Positions 22,056-31,460 of a stretch of DNA of 64,000 nt are shown here, piece after piece; the stretch's first letter is position 1, and every line of letters starts with the position of its first letter. Under the pieces are notes generated by a model, which searched no databases, was not told the origin of the DNA, and was given only the letters and a program-made list of their open reading frames with translations. Source of the stretch: an uncultured bacterium (GTDB taxonomy: Bacteria > Desulfobacterota_D > UBA1144 > Nemesobacterales > UBA2774); the NCBI GenBank assembly GCA_963825135.1, contig CAWGRW010000009.1:2432001-2496000 (forward strand). The letters are read 5' to 3'. The position numbers were made by a program, and so were the translations under genes.

Positions 22056-22209
22056 GGCGGGCTGGAATACGGCTTATTCGAATCCTTTAGGTTCCATTAT
22101 CATCGATGATTGTGATTATTTCAATTAGCGGTGATTATTTCAATCTGTTAGAGTAATCACGGGCCGGTTTCATCCGCGGCCTGCGTTCGAACGAATCCGG
22201 AGCCGGGTT

Positions 22210-23274
22210 ATGAAATCGAGAGAGCTACCCATTCCCCTTCACTTCATCCCCGACAAGACGGGAGAGGTCTTCCGCGTGGAGTATGAGAAGATATCACGCT
22301 CGGCTTCGGAGTGGGCCGGAAAGCACGGCATCGGACCATCTTCGAAAGACGAATTCAGGGTATCGCTCATCATCGTCGACGCGCAGAACACGTTCTGCAT
22401 ACCGGGGTTCGAGCTCTTCGTCGGCGGGCGCACGGGCAGAGGTGCGGTCGACGATAATCTGAGGCTCTGCCGGTTCATATACAGGAACCTCGGCCTTATT
22501 ACCGAGATCGCCCCTACTATGGACACGCACCAGGCGATGCAGATATTCCACGGGATCTTCTTTGTGAACGACAGGGGAGAGCACCCGGCGCCATACACCC
22601 TCATCTCCGTCGAGGATATCGAGAACGGCAGGTGGAAGTTTAATAAGGAGATAAGCCGCGGCATCATGTACGGCGAAGAGTATGTCGAGCGTCACCTCCT
22701 TCATTACACTAGGGAGCTCAGAAAGTCGGGGAAGTACGAGCTTACGATATGGCCTTACCACGCGATGCTGGGCGGCATAGGGCACGCGCTCGTGTCTTCC
22801 GTCGAAGAAGCTGTCTTCTTTCATTCTATGGCCCGGTACAGTCGGCCGGACATTCACGTGAAGGGCGACCACCCCCTGACCGAGCATTACTCCGTCCTCG
22901 GTCCCGAGGTATCGACCGGGCCCGACGGGAAGCCGCTCACTCTCAGGACGGAATCCCTGTTCCGGAAGCCCGCCGCGTCGGAATCGATATACGGCAAGCT
23001 CGGCGAGTTCGACGCGGTAGTTATAGCGGGTCAGGCAAAGAGCCACTGCGTCGCGTGGACGATAGCAGATCTATTGAAGAAAATCATAGCGGGGGACAAA
23101 TCTCACGTGGAGAAGATTTATCTGCTGGAAGACTGCACGTCGCCCGTCGTCGTTCCGGGCGCGGTAGATTACACGGACGACGCGGATAAGGCCTTCGCCG
23201 AGTTCTCGGATGCGGGCATGCACGTCGTCCGCTCGACCGACCCGATCGAGACCTGGCCGGGTATAAAACTCTGA
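22210..23274 (+). CDS. Isochorismatase/nicotinamidase-like cysteine hydrolase
   Basis: VDAQNTFC, DTH, WPYHAM, K, AGQAKSHCV catalytic Cys, LLEDCTS. Confidence 0.85.
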   Translation: MKSRELPIPLHFIPDKTGEVFRVEYEKISRSASEWAGKHGIGPSSKDEFRVSLIIVDAQNTFCIPGFELFVGGRTGRGAVDDNLRLCRFIYRNLGLITEIAPTMDTHQAMQIFHGIFFVNDRGEHPAPYTLISVEDIENGRWKFNKEISRGIMYGEEYVERHLLHYTRELRKSGKYELTIWPYHAMLGGIGHALVSSVEEAVFFHSMARYSRPDIHVKGDHPLTEHYSVLGPEVSTGPDGKPLTLRTESLFRKPAASESIYGKLGEFDAVVIAGQAKSHCVAWTIADLLKKIIAGDKSHVEKIYLLEDCTSPVVVPGAVDYTDDADKAFAEFSDAGMHVVRSTDPIETWPGIKL

Positions 23275-23351
23275 TTGAGTGAAGTTGTGCGTGTGTTATA
23301 TTCGTTTCGGGTAATCGGATTCGCTTTACATTAACGAAAAGGGAGACGGTT

Positions 23352-23693
23352 ATGAGTTCCATATTCACTAAGATTATCAATAGAGAAATACCGGCGGCTA
23401 TCGTCTACGAAGACGACGAGTGTTTAGCTTTCAGGGATATAGACCCGAAGGCCCCCGTCCATATACTCCTCGTTCCCAAAAAAGAAATACCGTCGCTCGC
23501 CGAAGTTACTGCTGAAGACAAAGCGCTCCTCGGACATCTGCTCCTTAAGGCTTCAGAGATTGCGAAGACAGAGGGTATTTCCGAATCCGGTTATCGCGTC
23601 GTCATCAATACGAACGAGGAAGGCGGCCAGGAGGTCCCTCACATCCACATGCACGTCCTCGGCGGCAGGCAGATGACCTGGCCCCCGGGATAG
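23352..23693 (+). CDS. HIT family nucleotide-binding protein (HinT-like)
   Basis: HIHMH histidine triad, IFTKII, GGRQMTWPPG. Confidence 0.95.
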   Translation: MSSIFTKIINREIPAAIVYEDDECLAFRDIDPKAPVHILLVPKKEIPSLAEVTAEDKALLGHLLLKASEIAKTEGISESGYRVVINTNEEGGQEVPHIHMHVLGGRQMTWPPG

Positions 23694-23720
23694 TGTTTGA
23701 TTCTAAACTCAGTCATGTTT

Positions 23721-24050
23721 GTAGGAGCGGCTTCCAGCCGCGATTCATTAAAATCTGTCATTGCGAGCAACGGTTTCGACCAAGGGAGAAACCGGTCGCC
23801 CTCGGCTGATTGCAAATAAGTATCTTCCTCATCGTACCTAAATCACAAAAAACAAATTAGGAACGCAGCGCGGCAATCTCGTTTTTTCTTTTCCCCGACA
23901 TTACAGAATTTGCGTTAAGAAAATCGATTGTACGAGCGTTAAAAATCTTCCACGGGATGGGGTTGAATTGGAAGATTTAGCGAGTACATGAGATTTTTAG
24001 CAAATTATGTAGTCGGATGATTTTTGCTTCTTTTCATCAAGGAAAAGAAG
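23721..24050 (+). repeat. Composite structured intergenic repeat, copy 1
   Basis: Collinear with 39604-39935: GTAG-type REP, expanded TGTCATTGCGAG...GCGGCAATCTC hairpin, ~120-nt hairpin, CTTCTTTTC/GAAAAGAAG hairpin. Confidence 0.9.
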
Positions 24051-24120
24051 AACACAAATATTTGCCTTTTCGATCCTCCCCAATCTTCTCCGCTCAAACC
24101 GGTATCGAAACCAACCTGTT

Positions 24121-24142
24121 CGTCCTGAGCTTGTCGAAGGAC
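24121..24142 (+). repeat. REP-like hairpin CGTCCTGAGCTTGTCGAAGGAC
   Basis: GTCCT...AGGAC stem in the same intergenic repeat cluster; single copy in this window. Confidence 0.45.
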
Positions 24143-24186
24143 AGATTGTTTTACCCTCGACATTCACGGAATCGGCGGAGATGAGT

Positions 24187-27033
24187 CTACCCAATCCCCA
24201 GCGCCTCAGCGTCCCTGTCCGAAAGAAACCCGCCGTCAGAGCGCTCCCTCACCGTGCCGTCCCTCTTCCATGAACGCTCGCACCTGGGCTCGTTCTTCAA
24301 GTCGATGATAGCGATCATGAAATCCTCGCCCTCTTTAACCGAGAACCTGCTCACCCCGCAAAGGTCCGACAGCTCGGGCTCGAACGGTTTAAGCTTGGCG
24401 TAGTTGTCGGGCTCGACGGTAACATTGACCCCCGTGTCGAGCGGATTGGATACCCCTTGCGATTCCTTCGCGTCTTCGAGCGCTTTTAACACCTTCCCTC
24501 TCAGCTCCATCACCATGTCCCAGTTCGGGTCCGTATCGATTTCTATCTCCTCGGGCATCCCCTGCAGATGCACGCTGTCGGTCGAGTCCGTTTTCAAGCC
24601 CCTGAGATGGAGGTACGCCTCGTCGGCCGTATGCGCGAGTATCGGCGCGAGCAGCCCGATGAGCGCATCCGCAATGTGATACATGGCGGTCTGGCTCCTC
24701 CTCCTCTTCCTGCTCCCTGCGCTCTCGCAGTAGAGCCTGTCTTTCGTAGCGGCCAGATAAACGGCGCTTAAGGTATCGTAGCAGAAATCGTATATCAGCT
24801 CGCTCGCCCTCTTGTACTGAAACCCCTCGTACGCCTCCCTGGTCTCGCGGACGAAATTTCGAAGCTCCCCCATAACCCAGCCGTCGATCGAATACCCGTC
24901 CTCGTCCGAGAACGTAACGCTGTCGGCCGCCGGGTCGAAGTCGTATATATTCCCGAGCAGGAACCGTATCGTGTTTCTTACTTTTCTATACTCCTCCCCC
25001 GCCGACTTAAAGAACTCCCAGTCGACCTTTATGTCGTTCGTATATTTGAGCGAGCTCACCCACCACCTGCAGATATCGGCCCCGTGCTGCTTCAGGAGCT
25101 CGTCAACCTCGAGCGCGTTCCCTCCGGACTTGCTCATCTTCCTGCCCTGGGCGTCCACCATGAAACCGTGCGTGAGGAGTGCTTTGAATGGCGGCCTTCC
25201 CGTCACTCCGAGGGCCGGCAGCAGCGACAGCTGAAACCAGCCCCTGTGCTGGTCCGAGCCCTCGAGGTAAAGGTCAGCGGGGTATCCTATACCCCTCGCC
25301 TCCAGCACCGAGTGCCAGGACGAGCCCGATTCGAACCACACGTCGAATATGTCCATCCCCTTTTTAATCCCCTTCCGCGCGCCCTTCCGCTTTACCCAGT
25401 CGGGCGCGTTTATGTCCTGCTCCGGGTCGTAGCCCTCGAGTATTTCCTCTTCGCTTGCCTGAAACCAGTAATTGGCTCCCTTTTGTCTTATCTTTTCTAT
25501 TACGGCGTTAACCGAGCCGGGGGTCAGCAGCACCTCCCCCTTCCCGTTCATGAACGCGGGTATCGGAAGCCCCCAGGCCCTCTGCCGGCTTATACACCAG
25601 TCGGGCCTCGCCTCCAGCATACCCCTGAGCCTGTTCCTCCCCCACTCGGGATAGAACTCTATCCCGCTCCGCGAGTATTCGAGCGCGAGCTCCCTGAGCG
25701 TCCCGCCGAATTCCTCTATCCGCTTATCGACGCCGATGAACCACTGCTCCGTGGCCCTGAATATAGTGGGCGACTTGCTCCTCCAGTCGTGGGGGTAGCT
25801 GTGGAGGTACTCTTCGTCGTGGAACAGATTGCCGGATTCTCTCAGGTGTTCCGTAATAATCCCGTTCGCCTTCCATACGTCCTGCCCGCGTATCCATTCG
25901 GGCACAGTGTCGTCGAACGTGCCGTCCTCGAGCACCGGGCAGTAGATATCGAGCCCTTCCCTGAGCCCCGTCTGGTAGTCCTCGATCCCGTGACCCGGGG
26001 CGGTGTGTACGAGCCCCGTGCCTTCGTCGAACGTTACGTACTCGGCGAGGACCACCCTCCCCTTCCGTCCCGCGAACGGGTGTTTGTACGTTACGGACCT
26101 ATCGTGGAGCTCCCGACCCGTGCACGTACCCAGTTTTTCGTATTCCTCCGTGCCCGATTTTTTAAACACGCTCCCGGCTAAGCTATCGACCAGCATCGTA
26201 TGGAGTTCTTTCCCGTCTTTCACGACGCGGTAGAGGCCGTAGCTCCCGTCTCCTGAAGCGGCGACCGCGAGGTTCGCGGGCAGCGTCCAGGGTGTGGTCG
26301 TCCATATCATCAGCGACGGGGACGCTCCCTTCGGGAGATTCAAGCCAGAGGGAAGCGCTTCAGGGTTTTCTATTCCGAACAGGACGTAAACGCTCCTGTC
26401 TTTGCGGTCGTAATATTCGAGCTCGGCGTCGGCGAGCGCGGTGCGGTTCTCTATGGACCAGTGCACCGGCTTCAGGTCCCTGTAAACGAGCCCCCTTTCC
26501 AGGAGCTTCGAGAAAACCTCGAGCACCCCGGCTTCATAGTCCGGCGTCATCGTGAGATACGGGTGCTCGTAATCGCCTATGGTGCCCAGGCTCTGCATCT
26601 GGCCCGACTGGAGCTTCACGTACTTTTCGGCGTAGGACTGGCACTTGTATCTGATCTTGATTTTGGAGAGGTCTTCCGCCTCCTCTCCCAGTTCCTTCAT
26701 AACCTTGTGTTCGATAGGCAGGCCGTGGCAGTCCCAGCCGGGGACGAAATCGACGTCGTATCCGAGCATCGTTTTCGACCTGACCACCATGTCCTTGAGA
26801 ACCTTGTTGAGCAGGTGGCCAAGGTGTATCGGGCCGTTCGCGTAAGGGGGACCGTCGTGGAATACGAATTTTTCCCGCCCCTTGGACTTCTCCCTCATCC
26901 TCTCGAAGAGCTTTATCTTCTTCCACCTCTTCTGGTACTCGGGCTCTTTCTGGTTGAGGTTGGCCTTCATCGGAAAATCGGTCTTCGGAAGGTTGAGCGT
27001 GTCTTTGTAGTTTATTTTCTTCGCCTCCGGCAT
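24187..27033 (-). CDS. ileS: Isoleucine--tRNA ligase
   Basis: YKDTLNLPKTDFPMKA, DGPPYANG, HLGH, GWDCHGLPIE, WTTTPWT, KMSKS. Confidence 0.98.
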   Translation of the reverse strand: MPEAKKINYKDTLNLPKTDFPMKANLNQKEPEYQKRWKKIKLFERMREKSKGREKFVFHDGPPYANGPIHLGHLLNKVLKDMVVRSKTMLGYDVDFVPGWDCHGLPIEHKVMKELGEEAEDLSKIKIRYKCQSYAEKYVKLQSGQMQSLGTIGDYEHPYLTMTPDYEAGVLEVFSKLLERGLVYRDLKPVHWSIENRTALADAELEYYDRKDRSVYVLFGIENPEALPSGLNLPKGASPSLMIWTTTPWTLPANLAVAASGDGSYGLYRVVKDGKELHTMLVDSLAGSVFKKSGTEEYEKLGTCTGRELHDRSVTYKHPFAGRKGRVVLAEYVTFDEGTGLVHTAPGHGIEDYQTGLREGLDIYCPVLEDGTFDDTVPEWIRGQDVWKANGIITEHLRESGNLFHDEEYLHSYPHDWRSKSPTIFRATEQWFIGVDKRIEEFGGTLRELALEYSRSGIEFYPEWGRNRLRGMLEARPDWCISRQRAWGLPIPAFMNGKGEVLLTPGSVNAVIEKIRQKGANYWFQASEEEILEGYDPEQDINAPDWVKRKGARKGIKKGMDIFDVWFESGSSWHSVLEARGIGYPADLYLEGSDQHRGWFQLSLLPALGVTGRPPFKALLTHGFMVDAQGRKMSKSGGNALEVDELLKQHGADICRWWVSSLKYTNDIKVDWEFFKSAGEEYRKVRNTIRFLLGNIYDFDPAADSVTFSDEDGYSIDGWVMGELRNFVRETREAYEGFQYKRASELIYDFCYDTLSAVYLAATKDRLYCESAGSRKRRRSQTAMYHIADALIGLLAPILAHTADEAYLHLRGLKTDSTDSVHLQGMPEEIEIDTDPNWDMVMELRGKVLKALEDAKESQGVSNPLDTGVNVTVEPDNYAKLKPFEPELSDLCGVSRFSVKEGEDFMIAIIDLKNEPRCERSWKRDGTVRERSDGGFLSDRDAEALGIG

Positions 27034-27233
27034 CGGATGCTTTCTCCTTAAGGGGTAAAAGATATACTATCCGGGATAATATTCAATCGATAAAGACGGA
27101 TAGAAACGATTTTGAGCAAGCGAAGAATCGGACGCCATTGAAAGCATGCTGGACATTATGTGTGTTGGACAGCAACTTTGAAAAATAAGAGAATTTTTAA
27201 CTTTGACTTGAAGAAAAACATAAGCCCGGAGCC

Positions 27234-27572
27234 TTACTGATCGAGTATCTCCTCTAGATCCCTGAGCAAGCGACGCGCAAATATTACCCATTCCCCCCAG
27301 GCCTCCATGTACTCCTTATCCTCTTCGACCCTTTTCAGGAGCTTGAACCCGATCTGGGTGTCTTCTATGTAAAACTCTTCATCGCCGGCGAGCTTATGTC
27401 TGAGAATATCTACGTATTGTTTGAGGACCTTTATTTTCTCGTCGCTCCCTTCCCTGAATTCGGCTATGAAATAGCCCCGGGACTGCGCGGTGGGCATTTG
27501 CATAATGTTGCTCTCCTGGAAATAAATGCCCTTGTTTATAGTCTCCGCCTTCATTGAAATGAATAACTCCAT
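27234..27572 (-). CDS. Hypothetical protein (start may be internal, ~27503)
   Basis: Only sizeable ORF with typical codon usage in the gap; no family recognised. Confidence 0.55.
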   Translation of the reverse strand: MELFISMKAETINKGIYFQESNIMQMPTAQSRGYFIAEFREGSDEKIKVLKQYVDILRHKLAGDEEFYIEDTQIGFKLLKRVEEDKEYMEAWGEWVIFARRLLRDLEEILDQ

Positions 27573-27709
27573 ATCTCTCTCGCGCGCGGGGGGGATGCAG
27601 CTCTATTTTATTTACAGTCGGAGCGGTATGTCAAGACCGCCATATAAGCATATATTGATTTGGCCCCCTTGTGGACGGATAATTATCGGCATAGAAACGG
27701 GGTGCGCGT

Positions 27710-28423
27710 ATGAAAAGACTCAACGATAAGGTCGCTATCATAACCGGAGGAACCGGAGGTCTAGGAAAGGCAGTGATGACCGTGTTTCTCGCGGAGGGGG
27801 CGCGGGTTTTGAGCACATATAGGAAGGAAGAGGAATTGGAGGAGTGCCGGGCTCTCAGGGAAGAGTATAAGACGAGGGTCGCTTTCGGCAAGGCGGACGT
27901 CACGAAGGCATCTCACGTCTCGAACCTGGTATCAAAAACTCTCGAAAAGTTCTCACGCATAGACGCTCTCGTTAACATAGTGGGCGGCTTCGCACAGTCC
28001 CCGGTCCAGGACACGGACGAAGAGACCTGGGACAGGATGATGAGCATGAACCTGAAATCGGTGTTCCTCTGCTCAAGGGGAGTCATCCCCCATATGGTCG
28101 AGCAGGGCCGGGGCAGCATCGTAAATATAGCTTCCCGTCCCGCGCTCAGGGGTGCGCCAGGCCTCTCGGCATACGGCGCGTCCAAGGCGGGGGTGCTAAA
28201 CCTCACGCAATCGATGGCCGAGGAGTTGAAGGACTTTAACATAAACGTAAACGCGGTTATCCCCGGCACTATACATACCCCTGCCAATAGAAAGAGCATG
28301 CCCGGCGCGGATTTCACAAAGTGGGTGGTTCCCGAGGACATCGCTAAGGTCATCGCGTTCCTCTGCTCGGACGACGCCCGCGCCGTGAGCGGCGCTGCGA
28401 TACCGGTGTACGGGAAGTCATAG
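27710..28423 (+). CDS. SDR family oxidoreductase
   Basis: TGGTGGLG, YGASK, TPANRKSMP. Confidence 0.92.
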   Translation: MKRLNDKVAIITGGTGGLGKAVMTVFLAEGARVLSTYRKEEELEECRALREEYKTRVAFGKADVTKASHVSNLVSKTLEKFSRIDALVNIVGGFAQSPVQDTDEETWDRMMSMNLKSVFLCSRGVIPHMVEQGRGSIVNIASRPALRGAPGLSAYGASKAGVLNLTQSMAEELKDFNINVNAVIPGTIHTPANRKSMPGADFTKWVVPEDIAKVIAFLCSDDARAVSGAAIPVYGKS

Positions 28424-28455
28424 GGATGGGTGCCTGATTTATCGGACGGTAACGG

Positions 28456-29959
28456 TTAGCCCGCAGCTTCCGACATATCCGCCAGGATAGTATCGAGGAG
28501 CTTCTCTCCGAACACGGATGCGGTCTTTATGTCGTCCCTCGATATCTCGACGTTGTTCAGGTACTGGAGCCTGAGTATATCGCCGTCCCCATACTCCGGG
28601 ATCATGCATCCGAAGAAGAAGCCGAGCCTGCGCACGGCGGAGGCGACGCTGCCCGCACCCCTCTGTTTAATTGGCAGATCGACGTAGATGCAGTCGAATC
28701 TTTCGAGCGTCAGGTGCTTCAGCTGGAACTGTATTTCCTTGAGGGTCATCCTGCCGACCCTGTCTACCTGTATGAGCGCCTGGTTGTGGTCGTGTCTGAT
28801 GGATACGGTCGTGCGGCCGTTCTGCCTGCCCTTAATCCCCGCACCCTCGTCTTCGACGGACAATTCCCTTTCGAACCCTATCCTCTCGTATATGCCGCTG
28901 ATGAGTTCCCTGTAGACGCCCGGGACGTATACCGTTTCGCGCCCACTGTTTGAGACGGGCGTGAACATCATGGCGACCGACTGGCGTCTCGGCCTTTCGG
29001 TCTCGGAAATATTATGGAACGAGACCGAGCCAGGGCTGTAGCCGAGTAAGAACCCGGTCTCCCTGCCCCCGAGCTCTATACTCCCCTTCTGGCTGTACGG
29101 GTGAACCGTAACGGCTTCCCCGTATATGCCGGCCACATTCATCGGGGCGACGCGGTCCATCAAATAATTCTTCATCGTCTGGAATATCCCCCTCCCTCTG
29201 TAGCGGGGGTCGACGACCGCCTCGCCCGACTCCGCCACCCTCGCCCCGGGCCTGCTGAATATAAAGCCCACGTGTCCGATGATCTCCTTCCTGCTGTTGT
29301 ATGCGGCGGCAGAGAGCATTACTCCGGACCTGAGACGCGCCTCTATCTGCTCCGGGTAATACATGAATTCGTTCGCGTACGTATAGCCGTAGCACTTGTA
29401 AACGAGTCTTACGAGTTGGTGAATATCGCCTGGGTCGAGCATCCCGACAGCGATTTTGTCATCTGCCGGGGCCTCCTTCGCATTCACGTGTTCGTGGTGC
29501 TCGGATATGTCCATAATGCTGCCTGATATCAGTCGCCGGGAGGTTCTTCACGATCTCCGTCCTGTTCCCCCCCGCGCCGAGGGTCGCGAAATGCACCTCG
29601 TCCGCGTAGTGCCTCGACAGGTACGAGCCGAACCTCTTCTCCTCCCCGCGCTCGAGCTTCTCGTAGTCAAAGGGCAGCCCCTTGTCCTCAACAGCCACGA
29701 CGAGGGCGTGGAGACGCCTCGATATTATGACTTCTATCGGCTTATTCCTGCTGCCTTCGAACCCGAACTTCACGATGTTGTCCATTATATCGACGAGCAC
29801 CCTGTCGAGGTTGTCCGATTCTTTCCTGCCGATGCCGCACGACTCCGCGATGTCCGTAACCATGTCAACGAGCGCTTTTATTACGGCCTTTTCAGGCAGT
29901 ATCGTAATGCGCGCGAGCTCGGCCTCGATGTTTTGTTGTTCAGGCGGTGTCTGGTTCAT
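28456..29959 (-). CDS. Anti-sigma-type HATPase domain fused to GNAT domain(s) (frameshift near 29520)
   Basis: N-terminal RsbW-like fold (NIVKFGF, VEDKGLPFD, ADEVHF...GNRTEIVK); C-terminal VDPRYRGRG acetyl-CoA motif; the ORFs abut. Confidence 0.75.
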
Positions 29960-29982
29960 TTCGTATCGGTTCCGGAAGGCGG

Positions 29983-31404
29983 TTATTTTTTCCCCGGTCT
30001 GTATAAGTGCGTGCTCCCCCCGTGAAAGGCCTCGGCTGCTTCCATCAGGGTCTCGGAGAGCGTAGGGTGCGGATGTATGCTGAGGGCGATGTCCGAGACG
30101 AGCGCCGCCATCTCTATTGCCAGCACCCCTTCCGCTATCAGTTCCCCCGCGCCCTGTCCCGCTATACCCATGCCGAGCACACGCCCCGTTTCCGGGTCAG
30201 CTACGATTTTCGTAACCCCGTCTTGCCTCCCGAGCGTAGCGGCCCTTCCCGAAGCCCCCCACGGGAACCTCGCGACGGAGACGGATATCTTTTTTTCCCC
30301 GGCTTCGGTTTCCGTGAGTCCGCACCATGCGATCTCGGGGTCGGTAAATACAACGGCCGGTATCGCGTTTGGCATAAAGGCCGACTTCCTCCCGGCGAGG
30401 ATTTCGGATACTACCCTTCCCTCGTGGGTCGCCTTGTGAGCGAGCATCGGCTCCCCGGCGACGTCGCCTATCGCGAATATATTGGGTTCGGACGTTCTCC
30501 TCTCCTCGTTCACCCGTATGAACCCCTTTGAATCCGTTTCCACTTTAGTGTTCTCGAGTCCCAGTCCCTCGCTGTTCGGGTTTCTGCCGACGCAAATGAG
30601 CACCCTGTCGAAGGCCAACTCCTGTTTTTCCTTCCCTGCCTTTTCGAGTTCGACCAGAATCCCGTTCCCGATTTCCTTCACCCCGGTCAATCTCGTATCG
30701 AGCATGATGTCCTTATATATTGCCTCCGACCGCTTTTGAAGCACCCTCACGAGATCCCTATCCACCCCCGGCATCAGCCCCGAGGTCATCTCGACCACCG
30801 ATACCTCGGTTCCGAGCGCGGAATAAACCGTACCCAGCTCGAGCCCTATATACCCCCCTCCGACAATGAGCATCGTTTTAGGTATGGAGGGGAGATCGAG
30901 CGCCGACGTGGAGTCCAGAATGTTTTGAGATGTGTTCAGTCCCGGGATTACCGCCGGGCGCGAGCCTGTCGCTATTACGGCGTTCTCGAACCTGAGCGAC
31001 TCGGTTGCGCCTTCGTTCGTCTTGATTTCGAGCGTGTGCCCGTCGAGGAATTTGGCCCGTCCCTGAATGTGCCTGACCTTCCTCTGCTTCGCGAGCTGTC
31101 CCAACCCGCCGACGAGCTTTTCTACTACACCGTTTTTCCAATCCCTGAGTTTGTCGATGTCGATTGCGGGCTTCCCGAACCCGATTCCCCACTGTGACGC
31201 CTGCTCCGCCTCGGTTATGACCTGCGCCGCGTGCAGGAGCGCCTTCGAAGGGATGCAGCCCCTGTACAGGCACACGCCCCCCGGATTCTTTTCCGGGTCT
31301 ATGATCGTGACCTCGAGTCCGAGATCGGCCGCGAGGAACGCCGCCGGATACCCTCCCGGCCCGGCCCCGATTATCGCTACCTGTGTTTTCTTTTCTTCTG
31401 ACAT
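29983..31404 (-). CDS. lpdA: Dihydrolipoyl dehydrogenase (E3)
   Basis: GAGPGG, GGVCLYRGCIPSK, GGGYIG, HPHPTLSE; start at MSEEKK. Confidence 0.96.
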   Translation of the reverse strand: MSEEKKTQVAIIGAGPGGYPAAFLAADLGLEVTIIDPEKNPGGVCLYRGCIPSKALLHAAQVITEAEQASQWGIGFGKPAIDIDKLRDWKNGVVEKLVGGLGQLAKQRKVRHIQGRAKFLDGHTLEIKTNEGATESLRFENAVIATGSRPAVIPGLNTSQNILDSTSALDLPSIPKTMLIVGGGYIGLELGTVYSALGTEVSVVEMTSGLMPGVDRDLVRVLQKRSEAIYKDIMLDTRLTGVKEIGNGILVELEKAGKEKQELAFDRVLICVGRNPNSEGLGLENTKVETDSKGFIRVNEERRTSEPNIFAIGDVAGEPMLAHKATHEGRVVSEILAGRKSAFMPNAIPAVVFTDPEIAWCGLTETEAGEKKISVSVARFPWGASGRAATLGRQDGVTKIVADPETGRVLGMGIAGQGAGELIAEGVLAIEMAALVSDIALSIHPHPTLSETLMEAAEAFHGGSTHLYRPGKK

Positions 31405-31460
31405 TGCCGGCCTGTTTAAACTGTTCGTATGACTGATCCTAGCGGGGCACTTTGTGCCCC

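Noticed and set aside
23700..24180. Repeat clusters as a CRISPR array
   Set aside because: No regularly spaced identical repeats with unique spacers and no cas genes; these are dispersed palindromes.
27034..27233. T-box or other leader upstream of ileS
   Set aside because: No T-box consensus or terminator/antiterminator visible.
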